Below the pieces are notes generated by a model that saw only the letters and a list, made by a program, of their open reading frames with translations, made no database searches and had not been told where the DNA came from. This document shows positions 25,766 through 34,730 of a DNA stretch of 64,000 bases, one piece after another (the first letter of the stretch is position 1; the number at the start of each line of letters is the position of its first letter). The position numbers and the translations under genes were made by a program. Source of the DNA: Candidatus Latescibacterota bacterium (GTDB lineage: Bacteria > Latescibacterota > UBA2968 > UBA8231); contig OZ241867.1 in assembly GCA_965203175.1 (NCBI GenBank), positions 1,856,001-1,920,000 on the forward strand, given 5' to 3'.

Positions 25766-27208
25766 ATGATCGACCAGAAGATGGAAAGCTACTTTGCCGA
25801 TTGGGCCAAGCGGGAGGAGGTCGCCGAGTCCATGGTCCCGCTCATCGGCAAACTCTACCGGAATTACGGCGTGGTCACCACGATCTACGGTCGCTCCCTG
25901 GTGCACAACTCCACAATTGACATCCTCAAGGCCCACCGCTTTGCTCGCCAGGTGATCAAGGACGAACTCTGCATGTTTTCGAGCTTTGCGGTCCTCCAGG
26001 CCCTGTCCCAGCTGAATCTGGCCCCGACGCGGATAGATATCGGCAAGCTGACTACTAGATTCCAGAGAAGTAAAGCGAACGGGGATGTGGATGCTTTTGT
26101 GCGCCGGGAACTGGCTGAGATCAATGGCGGTAAGACGCTGCTGGACAAGCCGCAGGACGTGGTGCTCTACGGCTTTGGCCGGGTCGGACGCATCTTGGCG
26201 CGGATCCTGATCGCGCGCAGCGGCGGGGGCGATAAGTGGCGGCTGCGAGCCGTGGTGGTGCGCACGGGCTCGGAGAGCGACCTAGTGAAACGGGCCAGTC
26301 TGCTGCGGCGAGACTCCATTCACGGCCCCTTCAAGGGGACCATCGTCATGGACCAGGAAGAGAACGCCATCATCGCCAATGGCAACATGATCCGCCTCCT
26401 CTACTCGGACACCCCGGAGGACGTGGATTACAGCGCCTACGGCATTGAAAGCGCCATTGTGCTCGACAACACCGGCGTCTGGCGGGACCGCGAGGGCCTC
26501 CAGCGCCACCTCCGTGCCCCGGGGGTCGCCAAGGTCGTCCTGACCGCACCCGGCAAGGGCGATGTCCCAAATATAGTCTACGGCATCAACAACGATTGCA
26601 TTGTGGAGGAAGAACAGATTCTCTCCGCCGGCAGCTGTACTACCAATGCCATCGCGCCGGTGATCAAGGTCGTGCACGACCGCTACGGCATCGCCAGCGG
26701 TCACATCGAGACCTGCCATTCCTACACCAACGACCAGAATCTCATCGACAACTATCACAAGCACGAGCGGCGGGGGCGCGGGGCGCCGCTGAACATGGTC
26801 ATAACGGACACAGGGGCGGCCAGCGCCGTGATCAAGGTCCTGCCGAAATTAAAAGGCAGGCTCACGGCCAATGCCATTCGCGTGCCCACGCCCAATGTCT
26901 CCCTCGCCATTTTGAATTTGAACCTGGAACGGGAAGTCGGCACAGAGGAGATCAACACCTACCTGCGGGATATCTCCCTCGATGTGCCCCTAGGGGGCCA
27001 AATCGATTACACGAGCTCGCCCGAGGTGGTATCGAGCGACTTCGTCGGCAATGAGAAAGCCGGCATCGTCGACTCGGGAGCGACCATTACCCAAGGCAAA
27101 CGCTGCGTGTTGTACGTGTGGTACGACAACGAGTACGGCTACAGCGCCCAGGTGATCCGCATCCTGCAGCACATATCCGGTCTCGAATTGCCCTATTTTC
27201 CCAAGTAA
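25766..27208 (+). CDS. gap: Glyceraldehyde-3-phosphate dehydrogenase, long N-terminally extended type
   Basis: LYGFGRVGR, DSIHG, catalytic SAGSCTTNA, RVPTPNVS and WYDNEYGYS; about 130-aa N-terminal extension. Confidence 0.92.
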   Translation: MIDQKMESYFADWAKREEVAESMVPLIGKLYRNYGVVTTIYGRSLVHNSTIDILKAHRFARQVIKDELCMFSSFAVLQALSQLNLAPTRIDIGKLTTRFQRSKANGDVDAFVRRELAEINGGKTLLDKPQDVVLYGFGRVGRILARILIARSGGGDKWRLRAVVVRTGSESDLVKRASLLRRDSIHGPFKGTIVMDQEENAIIANGNMIRLLYSDTPEDVDYSAYGIESAIVLDNTGVWRDREGLQRHLRAPGVAKVVLTAPGKGDVPNIVYGINNDCIVEEEQILSAGSCTTNAIAPVIKVVHDRYGIASGHIETCHSYTNDQNLIDNYHKHERRGRGAPLNMVITDTGAASAVIKVLPKLKGRLTANAIRVPTPNVSLAILNLNLEREVGTEEINTYLRDISLDVPLGGQIDYTSSPEVVSSDFVGNEKAGIVDSGATITQGKRCVLYVWYDNEYGYSAQVIRILQHISGLELPYFPK

Positions 27209-27231
27209 TCCAATAGCAGGGACAGAGTTCT

Positions 27232-28377
27232 ATGCGAGAAAAGCGAGAAGCCAAATACCGGGTCGGCGTCATTGGCTGCGGACGGGCCGGCACCAGCCGA
27301 GCCCGGGCCTTTGACGTGCACCCCTTGTGCGAGGTGGTGGCCATTGCCGATACAGATGCGGAAAATCTGGCGCTGGGTTGCCGCCGCTTCGGGGTGCCCG
27401 GCTACGCCACCTACGAGGAGATGTTGGCACGCGAATCGATCGATATCGCCATGCCAGTGCTGCCGGTGAGAGCCAACGCCGGAGCAGTAGTGGCCGCGGC
27501 CGAGGCCGGGGCCAAGGCCATCTTTTGCGAAAAACCGCTGACGGCCCAATTGTCCGAAGCTGACCGCATGGTGGAGAGCTGCCAACAGCGGGGCGTGTAC
27601 CTGGCCTCGGGCGTCATGGTGTCGAGTCATCCAGACTACCGCCGGGCCTACGAGTTGGCCGCAGGGGGGGAGATTGGTCAAGTGGAGCGCATCAATCTGT
27701 ACGGCGGCAACGGCCAGGGTGGCTGCCATGGTTTGAACTTGACGCGCAAGTTCGCCGCCAAGGCACCGGCAGAGTGGGTCGTCGGCCGGGTCGGAGGCGA
27801 TCCCCACAGCGACCACGAGGAACCTTACGAGGAAGGAGCCACTGGTTTCGGCGGAGTGGGTGGGTACATTCGCTTTGGCAATGGCATAGAGTGTTTCAGC
27901 AGTTTCCCAGGCCCGACTTGGCGCGGCATCGAGGTGGTGGGCCGCGAGGGACTGATCTGCAATTGGAACAATACGGGCCTAGGTTTGCGCCTGTTCAAGC
28001 ACAGCGGTCGAGGGGCCCCTCTGGTCGAGGTGGAAGGGGTGTTCGAGCAATACACCGAGGAGGAGAGAGGGTACGACGACGAGGGCTGGCAGGATCCCGG
28101 GCCGGTGATGCGGGCCATTGTCGAGGATATCGTCCGCGTCCTCGAAGAAGGCGGAGACTTGGCAATCACCAGCGGCGACGATTTGCGCCATGCCTTGGAG
28201 TTGGCCGTGGCCCTGCGCGAGTCGCACCGACAGGGCAGGGTCCAAGTGTCCCTGCCCTTGGCGGATCGCTCCCTAGTGATGTACCCGGAAAAGAGCCGCT
28301 GGAACTATAAGAAAGACCTCATAGGTCGAGCCGCTTATATGGAGCAGATGGCGCGCCAGGTCGAGGAGGGCGTCTGA
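27232..28377 (+). CDS. Gfo/Idh/MocA family oxidoreductase
   Basis: RVGVIGCG and CEKPL motifs. Confidence 0.88.
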   Translation: MREKREAKYRVGVIGCGRAGTSRARAFDVHPLCEVVAIADTDAENLALGCRRFGVPGYATYEEMLARESIDIAMPVLPVRANAGAVVAAAEAGAKAIFCEKPLTAQLSEADRMVESCQQRGVYLASGVMVSSHPDYRRAYELAAGGEIGQVERINLYGGNGQGGCHGLNLTRKFAAKAPAEWVVGRVGGDPHSDHEEPYEEGATGFGGVGGYIRFGNGIECFSSFPGPTWRGIEVVGREGLICNWNNTGLGLRLFKHSGRGAPLVEVEGVFEQYTEEERGYDDEGWQDPGPVMRAIVEDIVRVLEEGGDLAITSGDDLRHALELAVALRESHRQGRVQVSLPLADRSLVMYPEKSRWNYKKDLIGRAAYMEQMARQVEEGV

Positions 28378-28417
28378 GAAGCTCTCTACCACCGCTCCCG
28401 AGAAAGGCACAACGACA

Positions 28418-29392
28418 ATGTCTCATTTGCCGGCCATTCAGATCGAAACCTTAACAACCATTCGCCAGGATGCCAACCACAACGCCTTCACGGATCTCTG
28501 CTCGTACTCGGGCAGATTCTACCTGACCTTCCGGAGCTCTCCCGACGGCCACGGCGTCGCGAGCTCTGGCAGCGTCGTCGTTCTCGAGAGCGACGACGGT
28601 CGGAATTGGTCAGAGGCATTCACCTTTTGCGTCCCAGGCCGCGACACGCGCGATCCCCATTTCCTCGTCTTCAAGGGATCGTTGTTCGTCTACACCGGTA
28701 CCTGGCTGCTGCCGGAGGCGGGCCTCCCCCTGAACCTCAACGAAGCTATCGGGTACGCTGCGTGGACTGCGGACGGATCCGAGTGGAGCGGCCCGACGCA
28801 GATGGAGGGCACGCACGCCCATTACGTCTGGCGGGCGGCGGCGCACGGCGACCGCGCGTTTTTGTGCGCCCGGCGCCGGCGCGCGTACGAGTCCGGCATA
28901 GCGGACGAGCAGGAGCCCGAGTCGATCGAGGCGGCGGTACTCGAAAGTGCTGACGGCCTAGTGTGGTCTTTCCGGTCTCTCTTCGTCGAGGATTTCGGCG
29001 ATGAAACCGCGTTCCTGTTCGAAGCCGATGATTCCGCGGTGGCGCTGGTTCGCGGCGGCGGCGAAGCGCCGGCTCGCGTCTGTCGGTCGGCACCCCCTTG
29101 GACGGTCTGGACATCCGTATCTCTCGACCGCAATGTCGGTGGCCCCTTACTGGCGCGCTGGGGCGACCGCTACCTCGTGGGAGGGCGCAAAATCAAGGCA
29201 GACGACACCCGGATGACCTCGCTCTACTGGCTGCACGAAGACGCGCTGCACGAAGCAGTGGAGCTGCCGAGCGGTGGCGACTGCTCTTATCCCGGGTTTG
29301 TGGCGCTGAGTGAAGAACGAGGACTGCTGTCTTATTACTCGAGCCATGAAGGCAACACGTCCATCTACCTCGCCGAACTAACAGTGCGCTAG
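28418..29392 (+). CDS. Hypothetical sialidase/BNR-like beta-propeller protein
   Basis: HNAFTDL, Asp-box-like ESDDGRNW and ESADGLVW, RDP, LPSGGDCSYPG, SYYSSH. Confidence 0.7.
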   Translation: MSHLPAIQIETLTTIRQDANHNAFTDLCSYSGRFYLTFRSSPDGHGVASSGSVVVLESDDGRNWSEAFTFCVPGRDTRDPHFLVFKGSLFVYTGTWLLPEAGLPLNLNEAIGYAAWTADGSEWSGPTQMEGTHAHYVWRAAAHGDRAFLCARRRRAYESGIADEQEPESIEAAVLESADGLVWSFRSLFVEDFGDETAFLFEADDSAVALVRGGGEAPARVCRSAPPWTVWTSVSLDRNVGGPLLARWGDRYLVGGRKIKADDTRMTSLYWLHEDALHEAVELPSGGDCSYPGFVALSEERGLLSYYSSHEGNTSIYLAELTVR

Positions 29393-29427
29393 TTGCCTGC
29401 TTGGGACCGCGTTCAGAGGCGCTCCAA

Positions 29428-30588
29428 TCAGTAGTCCCGCAGAGCGCCATCGGGTCCAATCACCGGCTCCCGGGTATACGGCTCAGGCGGGTAGTGCGGG
29501 AACGCTTCGTCGTTCAGTTCAATTCCAATGCCGGGAGCCTGCGGAACGATCAGGAAACCGCCCTCGCGCCGCAGTGGCATCTCGACCAGATCCCGTTTCG
29601 GGGCATCGTACTCATCCCTCGGGTATTCCTGGATGGCGACGTTGTGGATGGCGGCGTCGAGTTGCACGCACGCCGCGGTCAGGACGCAACTCAGCGGGTT
29701 GTGCGGGGCGACTCCCACGTAGCTTGCTTCGGCCAGCGCCGCGATCTTTTTGCAATTCGTGATTCCACCGGCGAGCGACAGGTCCGGTCGGATGTACGAG
29801 GCTCCCTTGTGGGCCAGCAACTCGCGGAACTGGTAGGCGGTGTAGAGCCGCTCGCCCATAGCCACTGGCACCGGCATATTGGCCGCGACATAACCCCACG
29901 CATCCATGTTCTCAGGCTCGATGGGATCTTCGAAAAAAAACAAGCCATAGGGCTCGAGCGCCTTGGCCACCTCGATGGCCTCCGGCGGCGTGAGGCGGTT
30001 GACCACATCCACCATGAGATCGATCTCGTCACCCACGGCGTCGCGGATCGCCTGCAAGGTAGCCGCGGCGTGCTTAGCCATGCCGCGGAACGACAGTTGC
30101 TCTAAGCTTGTGCCCTCGCCAGACGCAAAGGCTCCGAACGGATAGAGGCGCAAGGCTGTATAGCCGGCCTCGACCATGCGCCGGGCGTCTTCGGCCAACT
30201 CCGCAGGGGAGTTGCCATGCAGATGTGAGTACACGCGTACGCGCTCCCGTGTGGGACCGCCCAATAGCGAGTGGACGGGTAACTCGGCAACCTTCCCCTT
30301 GATGTCCCACAGCGCGATGTCGATTGCCCCGATCGCAGCCATGCTGTCTGCGCCGCCGCGAAACACGCAGCGGCGGAACATGTGCTGCCAATTGCGCTCA
30401 ATGTGGAGGGGGTCCTTGCCGACTAGGTACTCGGCGCAGTAATCCACTGCCGCAATGGGTGCAAACGGCCAGCCGCTGGTACCGCTTGCGGGGTGCAACT
30501 CGCCGACACCCGATATGCCCTCGTCGGTGTGCACCCGCACGTAGATAAAGCGGCTGGCCCGCAGGGTCTCAATCCTCGTGACTTTCAT
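29428..30588 (-). CDS. Enolase-superfamily acid-sugar dehydratase (galactonate dehydratase-like)
   Basis: TDEGISGVGE, AIDIALWDIKGK, FFEDP, MGERL, PHNP and APGIGIE motifs. Confidence 0.88.
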   Translation of the reverse strand: MKVTRIETLRASRFIYVRVHTDEGISGVGELHPASGTSGWPFAPIAAVDYCAEYLVGKDPLHIERNWQHMFRRCVFRGGADSMAAIGAIDIALWDIKGKVAELPVHSLLGGPTRERVRVYSHLHGNSPAELAEDARRMVEAGYTALRLYPFGAFASGEGTSLEQLSFRGMAKHAAATLQAIRDAVGDEIDLMVDVVNRLTPPEAIEVAKALEPYGLFFFEDPIEPENMDAWGYVAANMPVPVAMGERLYTAYQFRELLAHKGASYIRPDLSLAGGITNCKKIAALAEASYVGVAPHNPLSCVLTAACVQLDAAIHNVAIQEYPRDEYDAPKRDLVEMPLRREGGFLIVPQAPGIGIELNDEAFPHYPPEPYTREPVIGPDGALRDY

Positions 30589-30599
30589 CTCCGTCTGTC

Positions 30600-31694
30600 T
30601 CAATTACGCTCGGCAACATCAACCGCTACGCCTTCCTCGCGTCCCTGCAACGCCCCACTCCCCATCATCGCAATCTCCAACGCCCTCAACCCATCGCGGT
30701 GATCAACAGCAAAGGGCGCTCCAGCGCGGCACTGGTCGATATAGTGGGCCACCTCGGCCTTGTACGCCGGCCCAAAGCGCTCGATAAAAAACGGCACTTC
30801 CGCACCGTAATCGCGCAGGGCGAATTCCCGCCGCTCGATTAAGCCCCGCCGACCAAATACCTCCACCTCCACCGAGAGCGGGTCCTCACTAAAGGCCCCC
30901 ACATGCACCAACCCCTCCGTCCCGTAAACCCATGTCTCATTGCGATACCCAGCCACGTGATTGCGGCTCACCGTCACTTGGCCGATCAGATTCTCGGGAA
31001 AGTACATCTGCAAGAGGGCATCGTCGAAATCTTCTTTGACATCTGTGTGCTGCTGGTTGTAAATGAGGCTGCCAAAACCCGCCAGCCGCTCGGGCTGCTG
31101 CCCGCCAAGCCAGACGATCTCGTCGATATTGTGCACCGCCATATCCGAGAGTATGCCGGAGCTATTGTACCCCTCGGGCGGCGGCACTGGATCTTCGAGA
31201 ATCGAGACGATCTTGAACGGCGCGCCGATAGCGCCTTGATCCAACAGGTCTTTCGTCCACAACAGCGGCGCGTCAAAGCGGCGCATAAAAGCCTGCATCA
31301 GCGCCGTGCAGCGGAAATCGTCGGCGTCTAGATAGGCGGCAAACTCCCGCGCTGTGGCCAGAGAGTGCGTCAGCGGCTTTTCCATCAGCACGCGCCAGCC
31401 CGCGTCGATCAAGGTCTGGGCATCGCGGTAGTGGTTTTCAGTGCGCGAGGCAATGAACGCGCCGTCGGCTGCATCAGCCGCGGCTAGTTCCTCTACGTCT
31501 TTGAAAACACTAATCGCCGTTTCTTGACCCGCCTGTAGCTGAGCCGCGACCTCGGCGGCCAAGTCGCCGTAGCCATCTACTACCGCTGTCAACGCGCAAT
31601 CGCCCCGCTCGCTGGCCAGCTCTTGGACGTGGCGGGCGTGAAAGGCACCAATCCGGCCGACGCCTACAACCGCTATTCTAAAACGTTCCGCCAT
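30600..31694 (-). CDS. Gfo/Idh/MocA oxidoreductase (inositol 2-dehydrogenase-like)
   Basis: VGVGRIG, MEKPL, FMRRFD and DMAVHNID motifs. Confidence 0.85.
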   Translation of the reverse strand: MAERFRIAVVGVGRIGAFHARHVQELASERGDCALTAVVDGYGDLAAEVAAQLQAGQETAISVFKDVEELAAADAADGAFIASRTENHYRDAQTLIDAGWRVLMEKPLTHSLATAREFAAYLDADDFRCTALMQAFMRRFDAPLLWTKDLLDQGAIGAPFKIVSILEDPVPPPEGYNSSGILSDMAVHNIDEIVWLGGQQPERLAGFGSLIYNQQHTDVKEDFDDALLQMYFPENLIGQVTVSRNHVAGYRNETWVYGTEGLVHVGAFSEDPLSVEVEVFGRRGLIERREFALRDYGAEVPFFIERFGPAYKAEVAHYIDQCRAGAPFAVDHRDGLRALEIAMMGSGALQGREEGVAVDVAERN

Positions 31695-31756
31695 GGGCAA
31701 ATCTCTGTGGTCAATCCTCAATGGTTATGGAAGAACCCGAAAATTTGACCGACTTC

Positions 31757-32590
31757 TCACGCCGCCAGCTCCCGCAAATGGTCGCGGAAGCGAATGGTCT
31801 CCGCCAGCGTGTCGCAGCCTTCATAGCCCTCTCCCCAGCAGTACTCCAACTCGAGCCAGCCGCGATAACCGCTCGTGCGCATGACCTCCAATATGCGCCC
31901 GAAATCCAAGGTATTGCGCTCAAAGTTCGCTTGGCCGTTGCCCCGGCACGCCCCTCGGACGTGGAAGTGACTGGCGTGCTGAATTAAAACCTCCACCTCG
32001 GATTCGGGGATGCCGCGCGGAACGAAATGGCTGTAGTCCAAAGTCAAGGTCAATCCCGGAACGTCTCGCACCAACCTGGCCGCCGACTTAGGACGGGAAG
32101 CCAGCGAGCCGATGTGGGGTTCGATTCCGTAGATAATGCGGTGCTGGCGAGCCTGTTCCACTCGCCAGTTCAACTCGTCTACTGCCCGGCCCCAGGAGTC
32201 GCCGCGTTTTTCGTCGCGGAAGTGTACCCCAGGTAGCCCGCTAACGTGCTTGGAACCGCACTCGCGGGCGTATTCCAGGGTTTTGAGAAACCAATCGCGC
32301 GCTTTGTTCCGCCGCCTCTTTTGCGGGTTGTTGATGGCATAGGACTCGAAGTCCAGTGCTGTCTGCATGAATACGTCGGCAGCAACCAGGCCCCTAGCCT
32401 CTAGTTTCTTCCTCAGTCGGCGGGCCGAGCGCCGCACATTCTCGAATTCGCGCGATGGCTGCAAGTGAGAGCGATCTTCGAAAAGGCCTATATCCACTCC
32501 CTTGAGCTTCAGCATTGCAATCAAGTCGAGGACGTGATCGTGGGGCAGAAGCGGAAAAGTGAAGTCGGCGCAGGCCAATTTGAGTCTCAT
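31757..32590 (-). CDS. Sugar phosphate isomerase/epimerase (xylose isomerase-like TIM barrel)
   Basis: IEPH, LDYSH, HFHVR and GYRGWLELE metal-ligand pattern. Confidence 0.85.
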   Translation of the reverse strand: MRLKLACADFTFPLLPHDHVLDLIAMLKLKGVDIGLFEDRSHLQPSREFENVRRSARRLRKKLEARGLVAADVFMQTALDFESYAINNPQKRRRNKARDWFLKTLEYARECGSKHVSGLPGVHFRDEKRGDSWGRAVDELNWRVEQARQHRIIYGIEPHIGSLASRPKSAARLVRDVPGLTLTLDYSHFVPRGIPESEVEVLIQHASHFHVRGACRGNGQANFERNTLDFGRILEVMRTSGYRGWLELEYCWGEGYEGCDTLAETIRFRDHLRELAA

Positions 32591-32664
32591 AGTGCTTCCT
32601 CCTAAGGTTAGTCTGCATATTCTAAGAGAGTTTCTCTCTGCCCAATGTTCGTTCTACCCCGTGG

Positions 32665-33717
32665 TCACTCCTCAATATTTACAGAAGACAAATAGACGCA
32701 AGACTCTCCATCGGGCGATTCGTAGGTCGAATAGTACGCAATGAGCGCGTGGTCGTCGCCCATGGGCAAGATGCCGGCGTAGCCCGTGTCGCCGCCGCTG
32801 GGCAGCACGGCCTTTAACTGGATGTCGCCGTGTTCGTAGAGGAAAACTCCGGTGCGAAGTTGGGTCTGGTCGTGCGGACTGAAGGGTTCGTTGAATCGGT
32901 CGGCCGTGGCGCGAATCCCTTCGTTGCTGAAGCTGCGGCCGGTGACGAGTACGTGGCGGCCCACTCGGGCTATGGCCGAGCCGTAGCAGCGCGATTCCTG
33001 CGACAAGGTGCGCTCCCATTGGTCGTAGGGCGGCTGTGCGGTAGAAAGTAGGGCGCAGTAGCCGCGGGCGCGGGTGACGGCCAACAGGCGCTGGTCTTCC
33101 CCAAAGCAAAGGGACGTTTCGCTCGGCGCTTGCACGCCGAATTCAAGGCCGGTCGAGTCGCGGTATTCAGGGTGTGTGGTGCCGTGGATGATCTCGCTGA
33201 CCCACTGCCAGCGTTCCCCGTCGTCGGAGACGAGCAAATCGACTGAATTGTGGCTGGCGTGGGGGGTGTGGCCGACCGTGTCGCAGGCGACCCAATAGCG
33301 GCCTTCGTGCTCCACCGGATGCCAGAAATCGTGGTTCATCACAAAGCAGCGCCGGGGCTGGCTCCAAGTCGTTCCGTCGGTCGTCGCGGCAACTATTTGC
33401 TGCGAGGTGAAGCCGTACTCAGGCTCGGGTTGCCCCTCGGCTTCCTCGCGGCTGAGGCGCACTCCGTACACCAACAGCCGGTTGCCCACGGGCAGCAAGT
33501 TCGGGTCGATGGTCTTCGCGCCTAGCGCGATTTGGCTGGTCCAAGTCTCCAAATCCGCAGACGAACAGACGCGGATTTGCGAATCGCCGCTGCCGTGGCC
33601 GCGGCCATCGACAAAGCATACGTGGTACGCGCCCTTCCAGCGCACCAAGCTGCCGACGTGCCAGCCGCGGCCGCCGCCGAAGATTTTTCTCGTCCAATTT
33701 ACTTTCACCGTGGCCAT
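32665..33717 (-). CDS. Hypothetical sialidase/BNR-like beta-propeller protein, paralog of 28418-29392
   Basis: Asp-box-like TTDGTTW and SDDGERW; LPSGGDTGYAG; AYYST. Confidence 0.7.
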   Translation of the reverse strand: MATVKVNWTRKIFGGGRGWHVGSLVRWKGAYHVCFVDGRGHGSGDSQIRVCSSADLETWTSQIALGAKTIDPNLLPVGNRLLVYGVRLSREEAEGQPEPEYGFTSQQIVAATTDGTTWSQPRRCFVMNHDFWHPVEHEGRYWVACDTVGHTPHASHNSVDLLVSDDGERWQWVSEIIHGTTHPEYRDSTGLEFGVQAPSETSLCFGEDQRLLAVTRARGYCALLSTAQPPYDQWERTLSQESRCYGSAIARVGRHVLVTGRSFSNEGIRATADRFNEPFSPHDQTQLRTGVFLYEHGDIQLKAVLPSGGDTGYAGILPMGDDHALIAYYSTYESPDGESCVYLSSVNIEE

Positions 33718-33739
33718 GCTATTAGTCCTTTCGTCGCTT

Positions 33740-33785
33740 CTGTCATGCTGAGCGGAGTGCAGCGGAGTCGAAGCATCTCATACTT
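33740..33785. repeat. CGTC/TGTC-type REP-like repeat, copy 2
   Basis: CTGTCATGCTGAGCG-(GAGTGCAGCGGAGTC)-GAAGCATCTCATAC; same arms as 9234-9268 with a longer loop. Confidence 0.65.
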
Positions 33786-33804
33786 AACACCCGTGCGAAA
33801 TCTG

Positions 33805-34683
33805 TCAATCCCAATACTTTCCGTAGAGCACCCGAAGCCGCTCCTTCGCCTCTAAGGGAATCACCGCTGGGTCAGTGACAATGGCGCTTTCGGCCGCGCG
33901 CAAACAAGGACAAGCGGATTCGGTCGGTAGGCGCGTGGCAACCTCGGAGACGATCTGCTTGGCTAGGGCACTGTTAGCTCGTAGCACCGCTAGCACTTGA
34001 TCGACGGTCACGTCCTCCTCTTCCTCATGCCAGCAGTCGTAGTCCGTGCCCGTCGCCAGCAGCGCGTAACACATTTCCGCCTCGTGCGCCAGCTTAGCCT
34101 CGGGCAGCGCGGTCATGCCGATCACGGCCGCACCCACGGCGTTGCGGTAGAAATGCGACTCAGCACGGGTGGAAAAGGCCGGCCCCTCCATGCAGAGGTA
34201 CGTGCCACCCTCGTGGACGTTGGCACCTGCCTCCCGTGCCGCCGCGATGACCACGTCCCGCAATCCCGCGCAGAACGGGTCGGCAAACATCACGTGTCCG
34301 ACGATCCCGTCGCCGAAAAACGTCGATGGGCGTTGTCCGCGCGTGCGGTCGAAAATTTGGTCGGGCACGATCATGTCCCCAGGCCGGATATCCTCCTGCA
34401 TGATGCCGCAAGCGCTTATGGCCAAAACGTGGTTCACACCTAATTGCTTAAGCGCGTGGATATTGGCGCGCGAGGGCACTTCGCTCGGCAGCAGCCGATG
34501 CCCTCGGCCATGTCGCGGCAGGAAATGCACTGTGCGGTCGCCGATTCGCGCCTCGACGATGGCGTCCGAAGGCGTGCCAAAGGGCGTATCTAGCCGGTGC
34601 TCGGCAACCGTTTCGACCCCTTCTATGTGGTACAACCCCGACCCACCGATAACGCCCAAGACTGCGGATTGACTCATCATCAT
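33805..34683 (-). CDS. mtnP: S-methyl-5'-thioadenosine phosphorylase
   Basis: GVIGGSG, TPFG.PS, FLPRHG, EGPAFSTRAES, IGMTALPEAKLA and TDYDCW motifs. Confidence 0.93.
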   Translation of the reverse strand: MMMSQSAVLGVIGGSGLYHIEGVETVAEHRLDTPFGTPSDAIVEARIGDRTVHFLPRHGRGHRLLPSEVPSRANIHALKQLGVNHVLAISACGIMQEDIRPGDMIVPDQIFDRTRGQRPSTFFGDGIVGHVMFADPFCAGLRDVVIAAAREAGANVHEGGTYLCMEGPAFSTRAESHFYRNAVGAAVIGMTALPEAKLAHEAEMCYALLATGTDYDCWHEEEEDVTVDQVLAVLRANSALAKQIVSEVATRLPTESACPCLRAAESAIVTDPAVIPLEAKERLRVLYGKYWD

Positions 34684-34730
34684 CTCCTGTGAAAATGCAA
34701 GTGCCTGCTAGCGCCCCTATATTATACACC

